Source of the DNA: Octopus sinensis
Lineage: Eukaryota
Assembly (NCBI RefSeq): GCF_006345805.1
Contig: NC_042999.1
Coordinates: 58,714,001 to 58,778,000, forward strand
Length of the DNA: 64,000 nt
Direction: 5' to 3'
In this document: piece by piece, positions 1 to 12,400 of the stretch
Position numbering within the stretch: the first letter of the stretch is position 1
How the letters are laid out: every line of letters starts with the position of its first letter
The notes under the pieces: generated by a model
The model's database searches: none
What the model was told of the DNA's origin: nothing
The model's input: only the letters and a program-made list of their open reading frames with translations
Position numbers and translations under genes: made by a program

Positions 1-657
1 AGTTCGGTATTTATTTTATATTTTAAAATCTGTATTTAGAAGTTAGTATTCACCAATAAAACAAAATTCATTTTTCTCTGCTGGTTTATTGTCCCTAAAC
101 TTAAAAGCAACATATTACTGACCGAATCTTTTCTGGTTTATAATTAAAGTGCAATCTGTTTATTTGCTGGCAATATCAGAAGAGAAACAAAGGTCATATC
201 TGAAATATTGCCGTTCAGCTTTTGAACGCCATACATTTTCAAATATCTTGTTTTGTTAATTTTACTTTTCATATGATATTTAATGCATTCTTTCTGTTTC
301 CCCCTCTTTCCATTCTCTATGTCTCCGGCACACATTGTTTTTTTTTTTATATATGCTTTTTTATTTGTCCATTATTTTTTCTTTATTCTCTGTCGATTGG
401 TGGTTCGCAAAGTTTATGTCAGGATTAATTTGATATTTATGCATAATTTTTCCCCTTGGTAATCTTTAACATCACTGTTATTGTTTGGCTAGAATGGATA
501 AAAAGACAAAGATATAAATAAAACTCTATCAGATAAATATCCTTGTCCAGCCATGCTAGCTGTAATTACTTTCAAGTTGATATATGATCAATGATAAACA
601 GAGTTAATTCCTGTTTCGATAATTAAACGATTACATTTAAATCATTATATACACAAT

Positions 658-662
<5 letters not shown>

Positions 663-701
<39 letters not shown>
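663..701. repeat. (CA)n microsatellite
   Basis: Pure AC run. Confidence 0.95.
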
Positions 702-705
<4 letters not shown>

Positions 706-1639
706 TAAATAAATAAAAAAGAATGTGATCTAAGGGAAATAACTCAATAAGCCGTATGGATTGAGATAAATCAAATACATACTGCTAAATGAAATGACGT
801 ACGCAAAAAAATCTTTATCAATTAAAATTTTCCACTTATTTGGAGAAAGAAAATAAACATCATGTGGTATTCTTCAGCGATTTACAAAGAAAGTGAGAAA
901 AAATTTCAATGAATTAAGAATTGAAATAAAAAGTTTAAAATAGCTTTTCGTATTTAAGGGAAAATCTGATGTTTGATACTGATTGCAAGAGAGAAGCAGA
1001 TACGTTTCAAAATTGTTGCATCTCGTCAGAAAATCATACGTCACGCATCTGCCTGATCCAATGCACACAAATTTTGACGTACAAGGAGGACACGAATAAT
1101 TTTGAGCCGCAGGAATTTAATAAAATAACCATAATGAATTAAAGGTCCCTTAGTTGGAGAAAATACCCCTGGCGGTTTTTATTAGCCATTCATAAAAAAA
1201 AGGGGGTGGAAATAATTTGAATAAAGGAAGATTCAATAGAAAAGAATAATACTCATACTTAAGGTAACAGGCTTCCCATGTTACTGGGGAGGCTAACAGT
1301 AATGGACGTAATCGGTTTTCCATGTTATCAAGTGGCAAAACCTGCCAGCCAATCAAGTAAGCAACCAAAGAACCACGCAATCAACTCACCCAACACCCAC
1401 CCACCCACTAACCAACCAACCAAATAGTCAACTAACCAACTAAGAATACCTGCTGGGCGCCAGCTAGGAAGCAGTTTGGCTGAATGACAAGATTATAAAG
1501 GTACTTCTACGTAGTTGCTGGCCCTACTTGATATAGCAGCCAAATCTCTCTGAAATCACACTATACTTATTTTAGCAAGATTTTATCTCTGACCAACTGG
1601 ATAATGTTGTGCAAAATATAGTATATTCAAAGAAACGGT

Positions 1640-1745
1640 AAGGGGGCAAGCTGGCAGAATCTTCAGCATGCCGAGTTCAAGTTCCGCCGAAGCCTTCATG
1701 CTTTTGGGGTCGATAAAATTAGCGCCATTTAAGCACTGGGGACAA
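1640..1745 (+). mobile_element. Degenerate SINE family B fragment (tRNA head plus Deu/Nin-like core)
   Basis: gcaagctggcagaatc head and ggggtcgataaaattag core match better-preserved copies such as 35145-35372. Confidence 0.5.
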
Positions 1746-2379
1746 ATCACAAGAAAGCGGAATACTCAGAGCAAGAATACTACTGATGATGGTTCTGTTA
1801 GACCAGAGCTGGCCTTGGTCTAAAGATGAACAACAAGAACAACAACAACAGCATTAAGAACGATCTTGGTAGGGTTTCTTGGCAACCCCACCAAGAAACA
1901 AACCTCAATATCAGTTTATTTGCAATTAAATAAGTCGCTCTAAATAACCCAACACGCTTTTGAAGGATGGTAACCCTGTTGTGCTTACATAAACTCTCAG
2001 AATCAGCAGTGAAATCCTCATCGAATTACATTCTTTGGCGAATAGGTTCCCTCGTAAGCTAGCGTTACTTGAAGTTATATCCACATTGAATAGCATATAT
2101 CAAACAAATATACTGTTGTTATATAAATGTTGTCCTGTAAATGCGGTACACATTATAGTTCCATTGCTGGGGTGTGAGCAAGATAAACAATAATTAGCGA
2201 GATCCGTACGCAATTAAAGTCATTCATTATATTACTGTTGCTGACGCTATGTAATTCCAGATCAACCTTAACCAAGAAGATTGTGATTAAGTGTTCCATC
2301 CATACATTATCATACCGATTTTTCTTCGGTAGGATTGTATCATCCAAAGTTTACTTTCATTTTTAAGATGATGGAGATA

Positions 2380-2760
2380 GGCGTGTGAGTGGCTGTGAGT
2401 GCTTACCAACCACATGGTTCCGTGTTCAGGCCCACTGCGTGGCACCTTGGGCAAGTGTCTTCTACTATAGTCTCGGGCCGAACAAAGACTTATGAGTGGA
2501 TCTGGTAGACGGAAATTGAAAATAAAAGCCCGTCGTATATATATATATGTGTGTGTGTGTGTGCGTCTGTGTGTGTCTGTGTTTGTCTACCCAGCATCGC
2601 TTGACAACCGATGCTGGTGTGTTTACGGTTCGGCAAAAGAGACCAATAGAATAAGTACTAGGCTTACAAAGAATACGTCCTGGAGTCGATTTGCGCGATT
2701 AAAGGCGGTGCTCCAACATGTCCTCAGTCAAATGACTGAAACAAGTAAAAGATTAAAGAG
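2380..2760 (+). mobile_element. tRNA-derived SINE family A, near complete (head, internal TA/TG microsatellite, body, CR1-like tail)
   Basis: Head ccaaccacatggttccgtgttcaggcccactgcgtggcaccttgggcaagtgtcttc; tail ggcggtgctccaacatgtcctcagtcaaatgactgaaacaagtaaaaga. About ten related copies occur in the window. Confidence 0.85.
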
Positions 2761-3153
2761 ATTGTGATGTGGTTTCACAGAGAATTGATTGCTATTTCTA
2801 CCAAGTAGAGTGAATGCATAGATCCACCAGTTGTACTTCCATTGATTGTTATTCAATGATGCTTTGCAATGAGACTGGCGGAACTCGTTATATCCAATAC
2901 AGAATCATAGCATTTGAAATGGAGTATTACATGTAGGTGCTTCACATCTCATATACTGAACATCAAACAAATACGAATGATGGAAATGGAGTTGTTGAGA
3001 AAACTGCGAGCACCTAAACTATTCAGTCAGTAGTTAAAAAGAAATGTTTCTCTCTTGTTAGGAAAGATACCATGACACTATTTCTAGCATGGAAAACATA
3101 CTCGGTAAGGGATGTATCCGAACACAATAAAGAAGAGGTTAGGTAATATTATA

Positions 3154-3724
3154 TTGGGTTGTCCGGAAAGTTCGTGCCGATTTTTAAAAGAAAGAAAAAG
3201 GTCAATAAATACTTGACATTACATTTTAAAAGTAATCAACCAAATATGAACAATTTTGTTGCACAATGTGTCTCCATCTTTCCTTTAACTTGAAAATACC
3301 CTCTTCCCAGAACTGAAGTGGTTTCATGGCAAAGGATTCATCAAGGTATCTTTTTACGTCACCCAAGCTATTGAACTTTTTACCATTAAGACTATTCTGC
3401 AGAGACCTGAATACGTGGAAAACCGAAGGAGCAATATCTGGTGAATATAGAGGGTGGAGTAACGCATCCCAGCCAAGCTGCAGTAATTTTTGTCTGGTTC
3501 CCAAAGCATCAAGTGCCGAAAATGAACTTTCTTATCTTTCATTTTGAAGGGTTACAGAATTAACACAGGTTATAGGAACATAAACCTTCTTCCACGAAAA
3601 GATAGCCTAAACTGTGCTCTAAATGGAAGTGTAGTCAAATCCTCTTTTATGGACTCAACCATGCTCTAAAATAAGTCGAAAGCTAAGCTACAATAAATCG
3701 GCACGAACTTACCAGACAAGCAAA
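3154..3724 (-). mobile_element. Internally deleted mariner transposon with both TIRs
   Basis: ORF 3226-3504 (minus) reads HPLYSPDIAPSVFHVFRSLQNSLNGKKF, matching the mariner HPPYSPDLAPSDF motif. TIRs ttgggttgtccggaaagttcgtgccgattt and aaatcggcacgaacttaccagacaagcaaa are each flanked by TA. Confidence 0.9.
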
Positions 3725-4095
3725 TAGTATGGACATGGAGGAAGATGGTAGAAAGATGGAGTTACTTAATGACCATGGTAAAAGAAGGAAGCGGACTGCG
3801 TCTCTTGCTATTCAATTTCGGTCGTAGGTATACAACAATACAGACATACATACACAAGCACGTACATATGTACATACATATATACACATATACATACGCA
3901 CACATACACGTGTACAGACGCACATACACACACATGATAATACTTGGTAATTCTGCTACTAACTCACTACCTATAAAAGTAAATTGCTTTCTGTTTGAGT
4001 TGGCTAACGCCTGAAAATACATGCATACATGTAAGTAATATGTATAAATGTATGTGTGTGTATGCATATATACACATACATATACATACACAGTG

Positions 4096-4132
<37 letters not shown>

Positions 4133-4137
4133 CATAC

Positions 4138-4338
4138 ACAGGACTGGCCACAAATTACCCGACAGTAATTCTGTATTGATTCGAATGGAAAAATCTGTCG
4201 CTCAAGGACTTCAGTTTGAACAATTTTCCTATTTCATATTTAGATGTTTTTATTAAATTCATTCAGTTGTTAAACATAAATAAATCTTGGAATTAAATGG
4301 TTTTGATTTACTCTCAGGTGACTTTTGACCAACCCTGT
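4138..4338. mobile_element. Tc1-like MITE, about 200 bp (duplicated at 5343-5543)
   Basis: Imperfect TIRs: acaggactggccacaaattacccga versus the reverse complement of tcaggtgacttttgaccaaccctgt. Confidence 0.55.
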
Positions 4339-4369
4339 ATACACACGCGCACACAAACACTTTTGTATA

Positions 4370-4620
4370 TAAATTTATGAAAAGACACATCGGTATTGCA
4401 TCTCTCCATTCTCGTGGAACTAATGAACCATTCCACATGTTGACAATTAGTGTGGCATTAAGATCGGCCATGCTGAATAACCTGAGATGATGCAGTATCA
4501 CAACTCCCAGAGGTGTTTCCTGAATTTATCTATCCGATGGTAATAATGACTTCATCTATATTTGGATTACTATCCATTTCCTTAATAAAATAATTCTATG
4601 GAGCATCTTGTATGACATTC
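4370..4620 (-). pseudogene. Decayed RTE-clade LINE ORF2 fragment (duplicated at about 5575-5820)
   Basis: Hand translation with stops and a frameshift: STIDKNVIQDAP*..EMDSNPNIDEVI..INSGNTSG..VIQHG / LIVNMWNGSLVPREWRDAI. This resembles the pre-RT region of RTE elements (K-A/S-PG..G; VP.EW.DA). Confidence 0.55.
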
Positions 4621-4859
4621 TTATCTATTGTGGATGAGTTGTGAAAAAAAACAAAAACAAGAAGACACCTCTGAAACGCTTGTTCTTCGTTTCAAACTGA
4701 CTTAGTATCACTGATCATGGTGAACACAGCCTTAAAATTGAGTGAGTTGTATTTTATTTTAGCTTTTACCAAGCTAGAAATTTGGGTGGGTGTCCCTTTT
4801 GTCGAAGGTAAGTTGAATATCTGTAGATATGCTTGACAACCACAGAGGAGACACCTGTC

Positions 4860-5060
4860 TTTGAAATTAAGGGCGTTGCACACATGATTGTGAGATTGTG
4901 GTTTCGATTCCTGGGCGTTGTGTTCTTCAGTAAAGCACTTCATTTCGCGTTGCTCCAGTCCACGAAGGTGGCAAAATTGAGTATTTCTGCAACGGCCCGG
5001 TGTCCCGTCCAGGGACCAGTATAAGCCAGAGAATCCAGAAAACTATCCCCTATGAGTCTA
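4860..5060 (+). mobile_element. Degenerate SINE with Meta-like core (duplicated at about 6065-6265)
   Basis: tRNA-like ggtttcgattcctggg, then ttgctccagtccac and ggtgtcccgtccaggga, similar to the core of 56340-56640. Confidence 0.5.
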
Positions 5061-5123
5061 TATGAATTACTGCTCTTTAATAATTAATCTTTCTTCAAAC
5101 TTGTTACCACGAGAGAAACTCGT

Positions 5124-5266
5124 AGTAAGTAGCTTGTTTACCAACCACATGGTTCCAGGTTCAGTCCCACTGCGTGGCACCTTGGGCAAGTGGCTTCTAC
5201 TATAGCCTCGAGTCGATCAAAGCCTTGTGAGTGGATTTGATAGACGGAACGGAAAGAAGCCCGTCG

Positions 5267-5275
<9 letters not shown>
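5124..5275 (+). mobile_element. SINE family A head (end of the first tandem unit)
   Basis: ccaaccacatggttccaggttcagtcccactgcgtggcaccttgggcaag...gaagcccgtcgta. Confidence 0.85.
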
Positions 5276-5337
<62 letters not shown>

Positions 5338-6470
5338 CATACACAGGACTGGCCACAAATTACCCGACAGTAATTCTGTATTGATTCGAATGGAAAAATC
5401 TGTCGCTCAAGGACTTCAGTTTGAACAATTTTCCTATTTCATATTTAGATGTTTTTATTAAATTCATTCAGTTGTTAAACATAAATAAATCTTGGAATTA
5501 AATGGTTTTGATTTACTCTCAGGTGACTTTTGACCAACCCTGTATACACACGCGCACACAAACACTTTTGTATATAAATTTATGAAAAGACACATCGGTA
5601 TTGCATCTCTCCATTCTCGTGGAACTAATGAACCATTCCACATGTTGACAATTAGTGTGGCATTAAGATCGGCCATGCTGAATAACCTGAGATGATGCAG
5701 TATCACAACTCCCAGAGGTGTTTCCTGAATTTATCTATCCGATGGTAATAATGACTTCATCTATATTTGGATTACTATCCATTTCCTTAATAAAATAATT
5801 CTATGGAGCATCTTGTATGACATTCTTATCTATTGTGGATGAGTGTGAAAAAAACAAAAACAAGAAGACACCTCTGAAACGCTTGTTCTTCGTTTCAAAC
5901 TGACTTAGTATCACTGATCATGGTGAACACAGCCTTAAAATTGAGTGAGTTGTATTTTATTTTAGCTTTTACCAAGCTAGAAATTTGGGTGGGTGTCCCT
6001 TTTGTCGAAGGTAAGTTGAATATCTGTAGATATGCTTGACAACCACAGAGGAGACACCTGTCTTTGAAATTAAGGGCGTTGCACACATGATTGTGAGATT
6101 GTGGTTTCGATTCCTGGGCGTTGTGTTCTTCAGTAAAGCACTTCATTTCGCGTTGCTCCAGTCCACGAAGGTGGCAAAATTGAGTATTTCTGCAACGGCC
6201 CGGTGTCCCGTCCAGGGACCAGTATAAGCCAGAGAATCCAGAAAACTATCCCCTATGAGTCTATATGAATTACTGCTCTTTAATAATTAATCTTTCTTCA
6301 AACTTGTTACCACGAGAGAAACTCGTAGTAAGTAGCTTGTTTACCAACCACATGGTTCCAGGTTCAGTCCCACTGCGTGGCACCTTGGGCAAGTGGCTTC
6401 TACTATAGCCTCGAGTCGATCAAAGCCTTGTGAGTGGATTTGATAGACGGAAACGGAAAGAAGCCCGTCG

Positions 6471-6507
<37 letters not shown>

Positions 6508-6512
<5 letters not shown>

Positions 6513-6970
6513 ATATTAATTAGAGACAAAACCACTATTTTGTAAATGAAACAAGGACAGACTTAATCAATACATAAAAAAATTTTAATATAAAGTAAAT
6601 AAATCGCCACTACAATTGTTTCCTGTCTTCAAATGACATTCATCAGGTGGATTTCATATCTAAAAATATCAATTTTTTAAAAAATAAATTTAAAATGGCT
6701 AAAACTATAAATAATATAAATTTATCAATGAAAAAATATAAAAATATATAATATATATATAATCTATATATAATCAATATATAATCAAGAACTAAAATAA
6801 CCTCTATAAACAATTGAATATAAAGAAACCTATTATTAAAGTTCTCATATTTAAAGATGAAGAATCTAATTTCAAAAAACAAAATAATTAATATTATATA
6901 ATATTTTACTATAAAATTGGATTCAATCCTAAATCTGATTTTTCCCTGTAAATTTGGATTTATTCCCTAA
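6508..6970 (-). mobile_element. Putative Penelope-like element 3' end (pLTR) carrying an HHR
   Basis: AT-rich, non-SINE insert between TA tracts that contains a type I HHR. The Penelope assignment is inferred from the known HHR-pLTR association. Confidence 0.5.
6607..6650 (-). ncRNA. Minimal type I hammerhead ribozyme
   Basis: Minus strand: CCAC CUGAUGA A UGUC auuugaa GACA G GAAAC aauu GUA^GUGG. Stem I CCAC/GUGG, stem II UGUC/GACA, palindromic stem III ACAAUUGU. Confidence 0.8.
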
Positions 6971-6981
6971 TATTTTATTAT

Positions 6982-7027
<46 letters not shown>

Positions 7028-7519
7028 TGTGTGTGTGTTTGTGTGTCTGTGTTTGTCCCCCTAGCATTGCTTGACAACCGATGCTGGTGTGTTTATGTCC
7101 CCGTTACTTAGCAGTTCGGCAAAAGTGACCGATAGAATAAGTACTGGGCTTACAAAAGAATAAGTCCCGGGGTCGAGTTGCTCGATTAAAGGCGGTACTC
7201 CAGCATGGCCGCAGTCAAATGACTGAAACAAGTAAAAGAGTAAAGGAGTATATTGATTTTTGGTGAAATATGCTCTCTTGTATATATCGCTATCGGGCAG
7301 ATATTTCCCCGCTACTTCTAGCGCCGAGGCCATCAGTTTATGTGATTTCGACCTTCTTTGGTTTTGTCTATGATAGTCGCTTGATCACTGGAAATAGTAG
7401 GAATTCTTCCCCCCCCCACACACACACACGCCGCTGGTAATATACAGAATAGAAATTATATAACAGGCGCTTGCGTCACGATTAGCCAGTGAGCATACTA
7501 AAAAAAGATAGATTAACGA

Positions 7520-8140
7520 CAGAGGCAATGTTAATACCAATTAGTAATATTTATGCCAACTTCTACGTGGATGTTCCCTTAGAACAAACTATAATACAGC
7601 TGACATCATGAAAGGAACTAAGAAACACTTTTGATAAAGCAAAAGAAAAATGCATTGTTGGAAGTTCTGGAAAGGTTGTCATGGCAACCTAATTTTGTTT
7701 ATATGTTTGCCAAACAATACACAGGTATGAAAGCCTATTTCAAATTTTTCACCAAAAAATCTAGACCTACACCAACTTCAATATTAATATACTTTCCAGC
7801 ACTAATTTTCCATGCGTTTCTGAACTGTGATTTAGAAATATCCACCGCTATCGCACAACATATAATCCGCTTAATCTGATTTGTTTCTGATGCTAAATAA
7901 TTCACCTAATTTGATAAAACTCTAACCTCGTTTTCGGAAAAAAGTTATATCATTTCTTCAATCCACGAGGATTCAATATTACTAACAAGTATGACACCAT
8001 TACAACAAATTTCCTCGAACTAACATCCAATCTATATCGCTCTCTGTTCAATTTTTATCATAAACTAATCCAATTAATTACATACATCGTTTATAAATCA
8101 TTAATTATATCCAACAGAATTTTCTAAAACACATCACTTA
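7520..8140 (+). pseudogene. Possible highly decayed retroelement RT remnant (Penelope-like?)
   Basis: Only weak peptide resemblance (NFYVDVPLEQTI versus SL(F/Y)TNVP.EETI), with many stops. Confidence 0.2.
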
Positions 8141-8234
8141 GCATTTCGAAATTTTCTGAGAGCAGATATTCTATGAATTTTCAACTTATACTGACGCTTT
8201 GGCAAAAAGTATTTATGAAAAAATTAGCTATCTT

Positions 8235-8565
8235 TTACCTTTTGCTTGTTCCATTCACTGGACTGCGGCCATGTTGGGGCACCGTCTTACAGTTTTAGTC
8301 GATCAAACCACTGTGCCCTAAGTAATTATTTTTAAAATCTGGCACTTATTCGATCCTCCTCTTTTGCCAAACCGGTAAGTTACGGGTGTGATAACGAACC
8401 AACTCCGATTGCCAAGCAGTGGTGATTCACACACACACACGCATACACACATACATATACATGTATATACGACAGGCTTCTTTCAGTTTTCTTCTACTAA
8501 ATCTACTCACAAGGACATTGATCGGCCCAAGGTATCGCACACTAGAAGTGAACCCGAGACCACAT
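8235..8565 (-). mobile_element. Degenerate SINE family A copy
   Basis: Reverse tail ggactgcggccatgttggggcaccgtc and reverse head gacaggcttctttcagttt...tcacaagg. Confidence 0.6.
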
Positions 8566-8744
8566 GATTAAGAAGCAAGCTTGTTACGCACACAACAACA
8601 CCGATGAACTGAAAAAATAGATAATTAAAACGGAAGAACTCACAAAGTATCAACAATGAAAATGCAAAATAAAATTGATTAGAAATACTCAATATAATAG
8701 AAGTAGCTCAGTACTTTTTAAAGTATTTCACTCACTCCATAGAT

Positions 8745-9140
8745 TGGGTGTGTGCTAAGTACCTTGCTTACCCCCCACACGGTTTCGGGATCAGTCCCAC
8801 TATGTGGCACCTTGGGCAAGTGTCTTCTATAGCCTCGGGCCGACCAAAGCCTTGTGAGTGGTTGTGATAGACGGAAACTGAAAGAAGCCCGTCGTATATA
8901 TGTATATACATATATATATAAGTGTGTATGTATATGTTTGTGCGTATGTTTTTGTACCCCCAACATCGCTTGACAACCAATGCTGGTCTGTTTACGTCCC
9001 CGTAACTTAGCGGTTCGGCAAAAGAGACCGATAGAATAAATAATAGGATTACAAAGAACAAGTCCTAGGGTCGATTTGCTCGACTAAAGGCGGTGCTCGA
9101 GCATGACCACAGTCAAATGACTAAAACAAGTAAATGAGTA
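8745..9140 (+). mobile_element. SINE family A, near complete
   Basis: Head, internal microsatellite, body and tail cagtcaaatgactaaaacaagtaaa are all present. Confidence 0.85.
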
Positions 9141-9294
9141 AATTATTATTATTCATGTCAGTGCCTGAAATCGAACTCGAAATTTTGGGGTTGGTAACCC
9201 GTGCTCTTAACCACTACGCCATATGAGGACAAATATCTGTCAAATCTAAATAATGTGCATAATTCCTCATCTCTTAAATAGAGAATTGTATGTT

Positions 9295-9430
9295 GCTTAT
9301 TTTATCGACCCTGAGAGGATGCAAGGTAAAGTCGACCTCGGCAGAATTTGAACTCAGAACGTAAAGACAGGTGCAATGCGTTAAGCGCTTTGTCTGGTAT
9401 GCTAACAATCCTGCTAGTTCGCCGCCTTTA
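9295..9430 (-). mobile_element. SINE family B fragment
   Basis: tttatcgaccctgagaggatgcaaggtaaagtcgacctcggcagaatttgaactcagaac. Confidence 0.75.
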
Positions 9431-9834
9431 ATGAATGGAAGTAATATCTGATTAACTGAACCAAACGAAGTGCAACTGCAGCCTTTAAATCATCAATGTT
9501 CGTCTAAATGACGAGGAATGACGTAGTTGAAAATCTTGGTGGATATGAGTTTATGAACGAACAGTGGGAAAGGCGTACATTTCTAAGGTGCTGGTATAAT
9601 GAGTCAAGTATGGGACATTCGTGATATTTTCATTGATTTTTCTAGAAACATTAAGCCAAATATATTCTTTAGAAATGAGAAACAAAGAGGGAGAGAAGGA
9701 GAATAGAAAGAGACAATGAGAAGGAAAGAAAGAGACAGAAAGTTAGAGAAAAAGAGAGCGCGTGAGTGTGTCGGAGTGAGAGGAGAGCGGAAGCATATTT
9801 AAGAAAGAAGATGAAGTTCTAAATTTAAAAAATT

Positions 9835-10065
9835 TCTTTATTGGCCACAGTGGGGGTTAAACATAGCGGGGACAAACAAAGAGAGACAAAGGGATTATGT
9901 TGGTTACATCGACCCAAGTGCGTAAATGGTACTTATTTAATGGACCCCGAAAAGGATGAAAGGCAAAGTCAACCTAGGCGGAATTTGAACTCAGAGCGTA
10001 GCGGCAGACGAAAAACCGCTAAGCATTTCGTCCGGCGTGCTAATGATTCTGCCGGCTTTGATTTC
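9835..10065 (-). mobile_element. SINE family B
   Basis: ggggttaaacatagcggggacaaacaaagag...ggatgaaaggcaaagtcaacctaggcggaatttgaactcag. Confidence 0.8.
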
Positions 10066-10173
10066 GCATATTAGTAAAAGTGACAGAGATTCATGCAATT
10101 CATATGAAATATCTACAAACCGAAAATATAAAATAAAGGTGTCGGGCCTGATCAATAGGAAGTGGTTGCTACA

Positions 10174-10387
10174 CGAGGGGTTGCCGAAGAGTTCTTGGGT
10201 TTAAGGATCTCTTGAAAGGTCTGGTTGGAGGCCGAACATTCCGAGTTCTTTGACAGACTGAAAACCTGAAGGACTTCTGCAATGAGTGTGTGAATCTTAG
10301 AGGAGGATATGTTGAATAAAATTATAATTAACCGATCCTGTTGTATTTTCTTTTACCCAGAGTCAGAAACACTTCAGCACCCCCTCA
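10174..10387 (+). mobile_element. Mariner-derived MITE, about 215 bp
   Basis: TIRs cgaggggttgccgaagagttcttggg and cagaaacacttcagcacccctca. Same family as the arms of the 50441-50964 palindrome. Confidence 0.75.
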
Positions 10388-10564
10388 TAATTTTCAATTG
10401 GGATCAAGCAAACTCATGGCAAAAAAATAAAAAAAGAATCATTATATTTATGGTTATCTATTTTTATCTCTTCTTTTTCTTTTTAAGATGATGTCAGTTT
10501 AGAATTCTTCAAAGTTTTCTATGTTTTTGTATGACGTTATTATCTGTTATCTTTGCTTTTAATC

Positions 10565-10857
10565 TTTTACTAGTTTCAGTCATTGGACTGTGGCCATACT
10601 TGGGCACCGCTTTGAAGGGTTTAGTCGAACAAATCTCCTTGGTACTTGTTAAGTCGGTTACTGTCTCTCTCTTTTATATGCGGCCATGATGGAGCAGCGC
10701 CTTTAGTCGAGCAAATCGATCTCAGGACTTATTCTTTGTAAGCCTATTACTTATTCTATCGGTCTCTTTTGCCGAGCCGGTAAGATACGGGGACGTAAAC
10801 ACACCAACACCGGTTGTCAAGTGATGTTGGGGGGGGGGGACAAACACAGACGCACAA

Positions 10858-10888
<31 letters not shown>

Positions 10889-11065
10889 CATATACATATA
10901 TACGACGGGCTTCTTTCACTTTCCGTCTACCAAATCCACTCACAAGGCATTGATCGGCTCGAGGCTATAGTAGAAAACACTTCTTGCCCAAGGTGCTACG
11001 CATTGGGACTGAACCAGGACCATGTGGTTGGTAAGCAAACTGCTTACCACACAGCCACTCCTGCA
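10565..11065 (-). mobile_element. SINE family A (reverse) plus an adjacent second tail fragment
   Basis: Full head and body at 10680-11065; extra tail gtttcagtcattggactgtggcc at about 10574. Confidence 0.8.
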
Positions 11066-11149
11066 CCTATTTATTTTACCAACATCTAATGCCTAGCCGC
11101 TAACTTACGGAGACGTAGACAAACACGAACACACATATACGCATACATG

Positions 11150-11330
11150 CATACGTATGTGCGACGGGCTTCCACACAGTTTCCTTTTACCGAATTCACT
11201 CACAAAGCATTGGTCGGTCCGGAGCTATAGGAGAGGGCACTTACCTCAGGTGCCGGGCAGTTAAACTGAACTCGAAATCACGTGGTTGCAAAGTGGGCTT
11301 TTCACCGACACAGCCATGCCTGTGCCTCTA
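11150..11330 (-). mobile_element. SINE family A head, diverged
   Basis: cgacgggcttccacacagtttcc...cacagccatgcctgtgcct. Confidence 0.7.
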
Positions 11331-11771
11331 GATCATTGCTCTACCAAAATGTCCTACATTTTTTAAAGACGGTTGAATGGGTATAAAGGTTTCTCTTCCC
11401 CCTCTCTCTGTCTTTGTCTCTATTTGTCTATTTGTTTACCTCTGTCTGTATGTCTCTCTGTCTCTCACAGTTTCTCCGAATCCTTGATTCGATAAAAGAG
11501 AAGTTAACTTGTTAGCGAAGGCGCTCAAACGACGTAGAACCCCGATTACCTAAATACTAATAGTGAAAGTGTGAATTCTTCGTTGAGAACTTTTAACTGA
11601 AAACAAAACTGAAATATTAAACAAAAGGATATAATTCCCAGTAGTTTTCTGTCATATTTCTCATTTCAACATGATTAACCGTGACATTATAAACACAGCT
11701 AAACTCAAAACAATATATCAAAGCTTTATTTTTGGCTTTTAAAACAATAACAACACAGAAGAGAAATTTTT

Positions 11772-11776
<5 letters not shown>

Positions 11777-11830
<54 letters not shown>
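11777..11830. repeat. (AG)n microsatellite
   Basis: Pure AG run. Confidence 0.95.
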
Positions 11831-11837
<7 letters not shown>

Positions 11838-12224
11838 CAGCAAACAAAAGGCATTTTCATTACAAATCAGCAAAATATTAAAAAAAAACAAAGAAAATCC
11901 CCAAACAAATCAAAAACCAACAACAAATAAAAATAAAAAAGCTAACGTAGAAGGAACAAAAGAATTCCTTTCTTGCAGGCAGTTATATGAATAAACAGTC
12001 AGCAGGAAATCTAATATGTGAAGCCATTGGAAATTCTTAGAATTCATTTGGAATTGATGTTTGCATTTCATCCCATGTTTATCAGAAAATTTTGTTTACA
12101 TCTAATTTAAAAGGCAGACACCAAATAAATGTAAGTTTACTAGTAGTTGTTCGCCATCTTGTTGCTGTTGATGTTGTGATGCTGGTTTTCATTGTTGCAT
12201 TGGTGATTTATTTATACTTCACAT

Positions 12225-12400
12225 CCGACATCACCACCGACAACAATCACAACTACAAGCACTTCCACACCGCCGCCGCCGCTGCCCCGCCCTCGCCGCC
12301 ACAAGGGCCACCTCCGACACCACTGCCGCCGCCACCGCTTGTCGCCGCCGCCGCCGACGACGATGACGACTGCGACCACCGTCACCACACGACACTGCCA
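12225..12400. repeat. GC-rich compound trinucleotide low-complexity tract (GCC/GAC/CAC)
   Basis: ccgccgccgccg, gacgacgatgacgac, caccaccg runs. Confidence 0.8.

Larger units (their letters stand above)
4127..6475 (+). repeat. Near-identical tandem duplication, period about 1205 bp, bounded by (TA)n tracts
   Basis: ggactggccacaaattacc occurs at 4141 and 5346, and the ORF track shows identical peptides in both copies. The differences I saw are single-base indels. Confidence 0.95.
6327..7248 (+). mobile_element. SINE family A interrupted within its microsatellite by a Penelope-like fragment
   Basis: Head at 6327-6475; body and tail at 7024-7248 ending cagtcaaatgactgaaacaagtaaaagag. Confidence 0.8.

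Noticed and set aside
995-1035. Minus-strand CUGACGA...GAAACGUA hammerhead-like string
   Set aside because: Stems I and II do not pair.
2790-2930. Possible minus-strand exon (FCIGYNEFRQSHCKASLNNNQWKYNWWIYAF)
   Set aside because: No recognisable homology and no clear acceptor site; unsupported without expression data.
7290-7345. Minus-strand CUGAUGG...GAAA string and the protein-like ORF start MASALEVAGKYLPD
   Set aside because: The core has A9 to G and no stem I or III. The ORF runs into a SINE tail and lacks a consistent splice frame.
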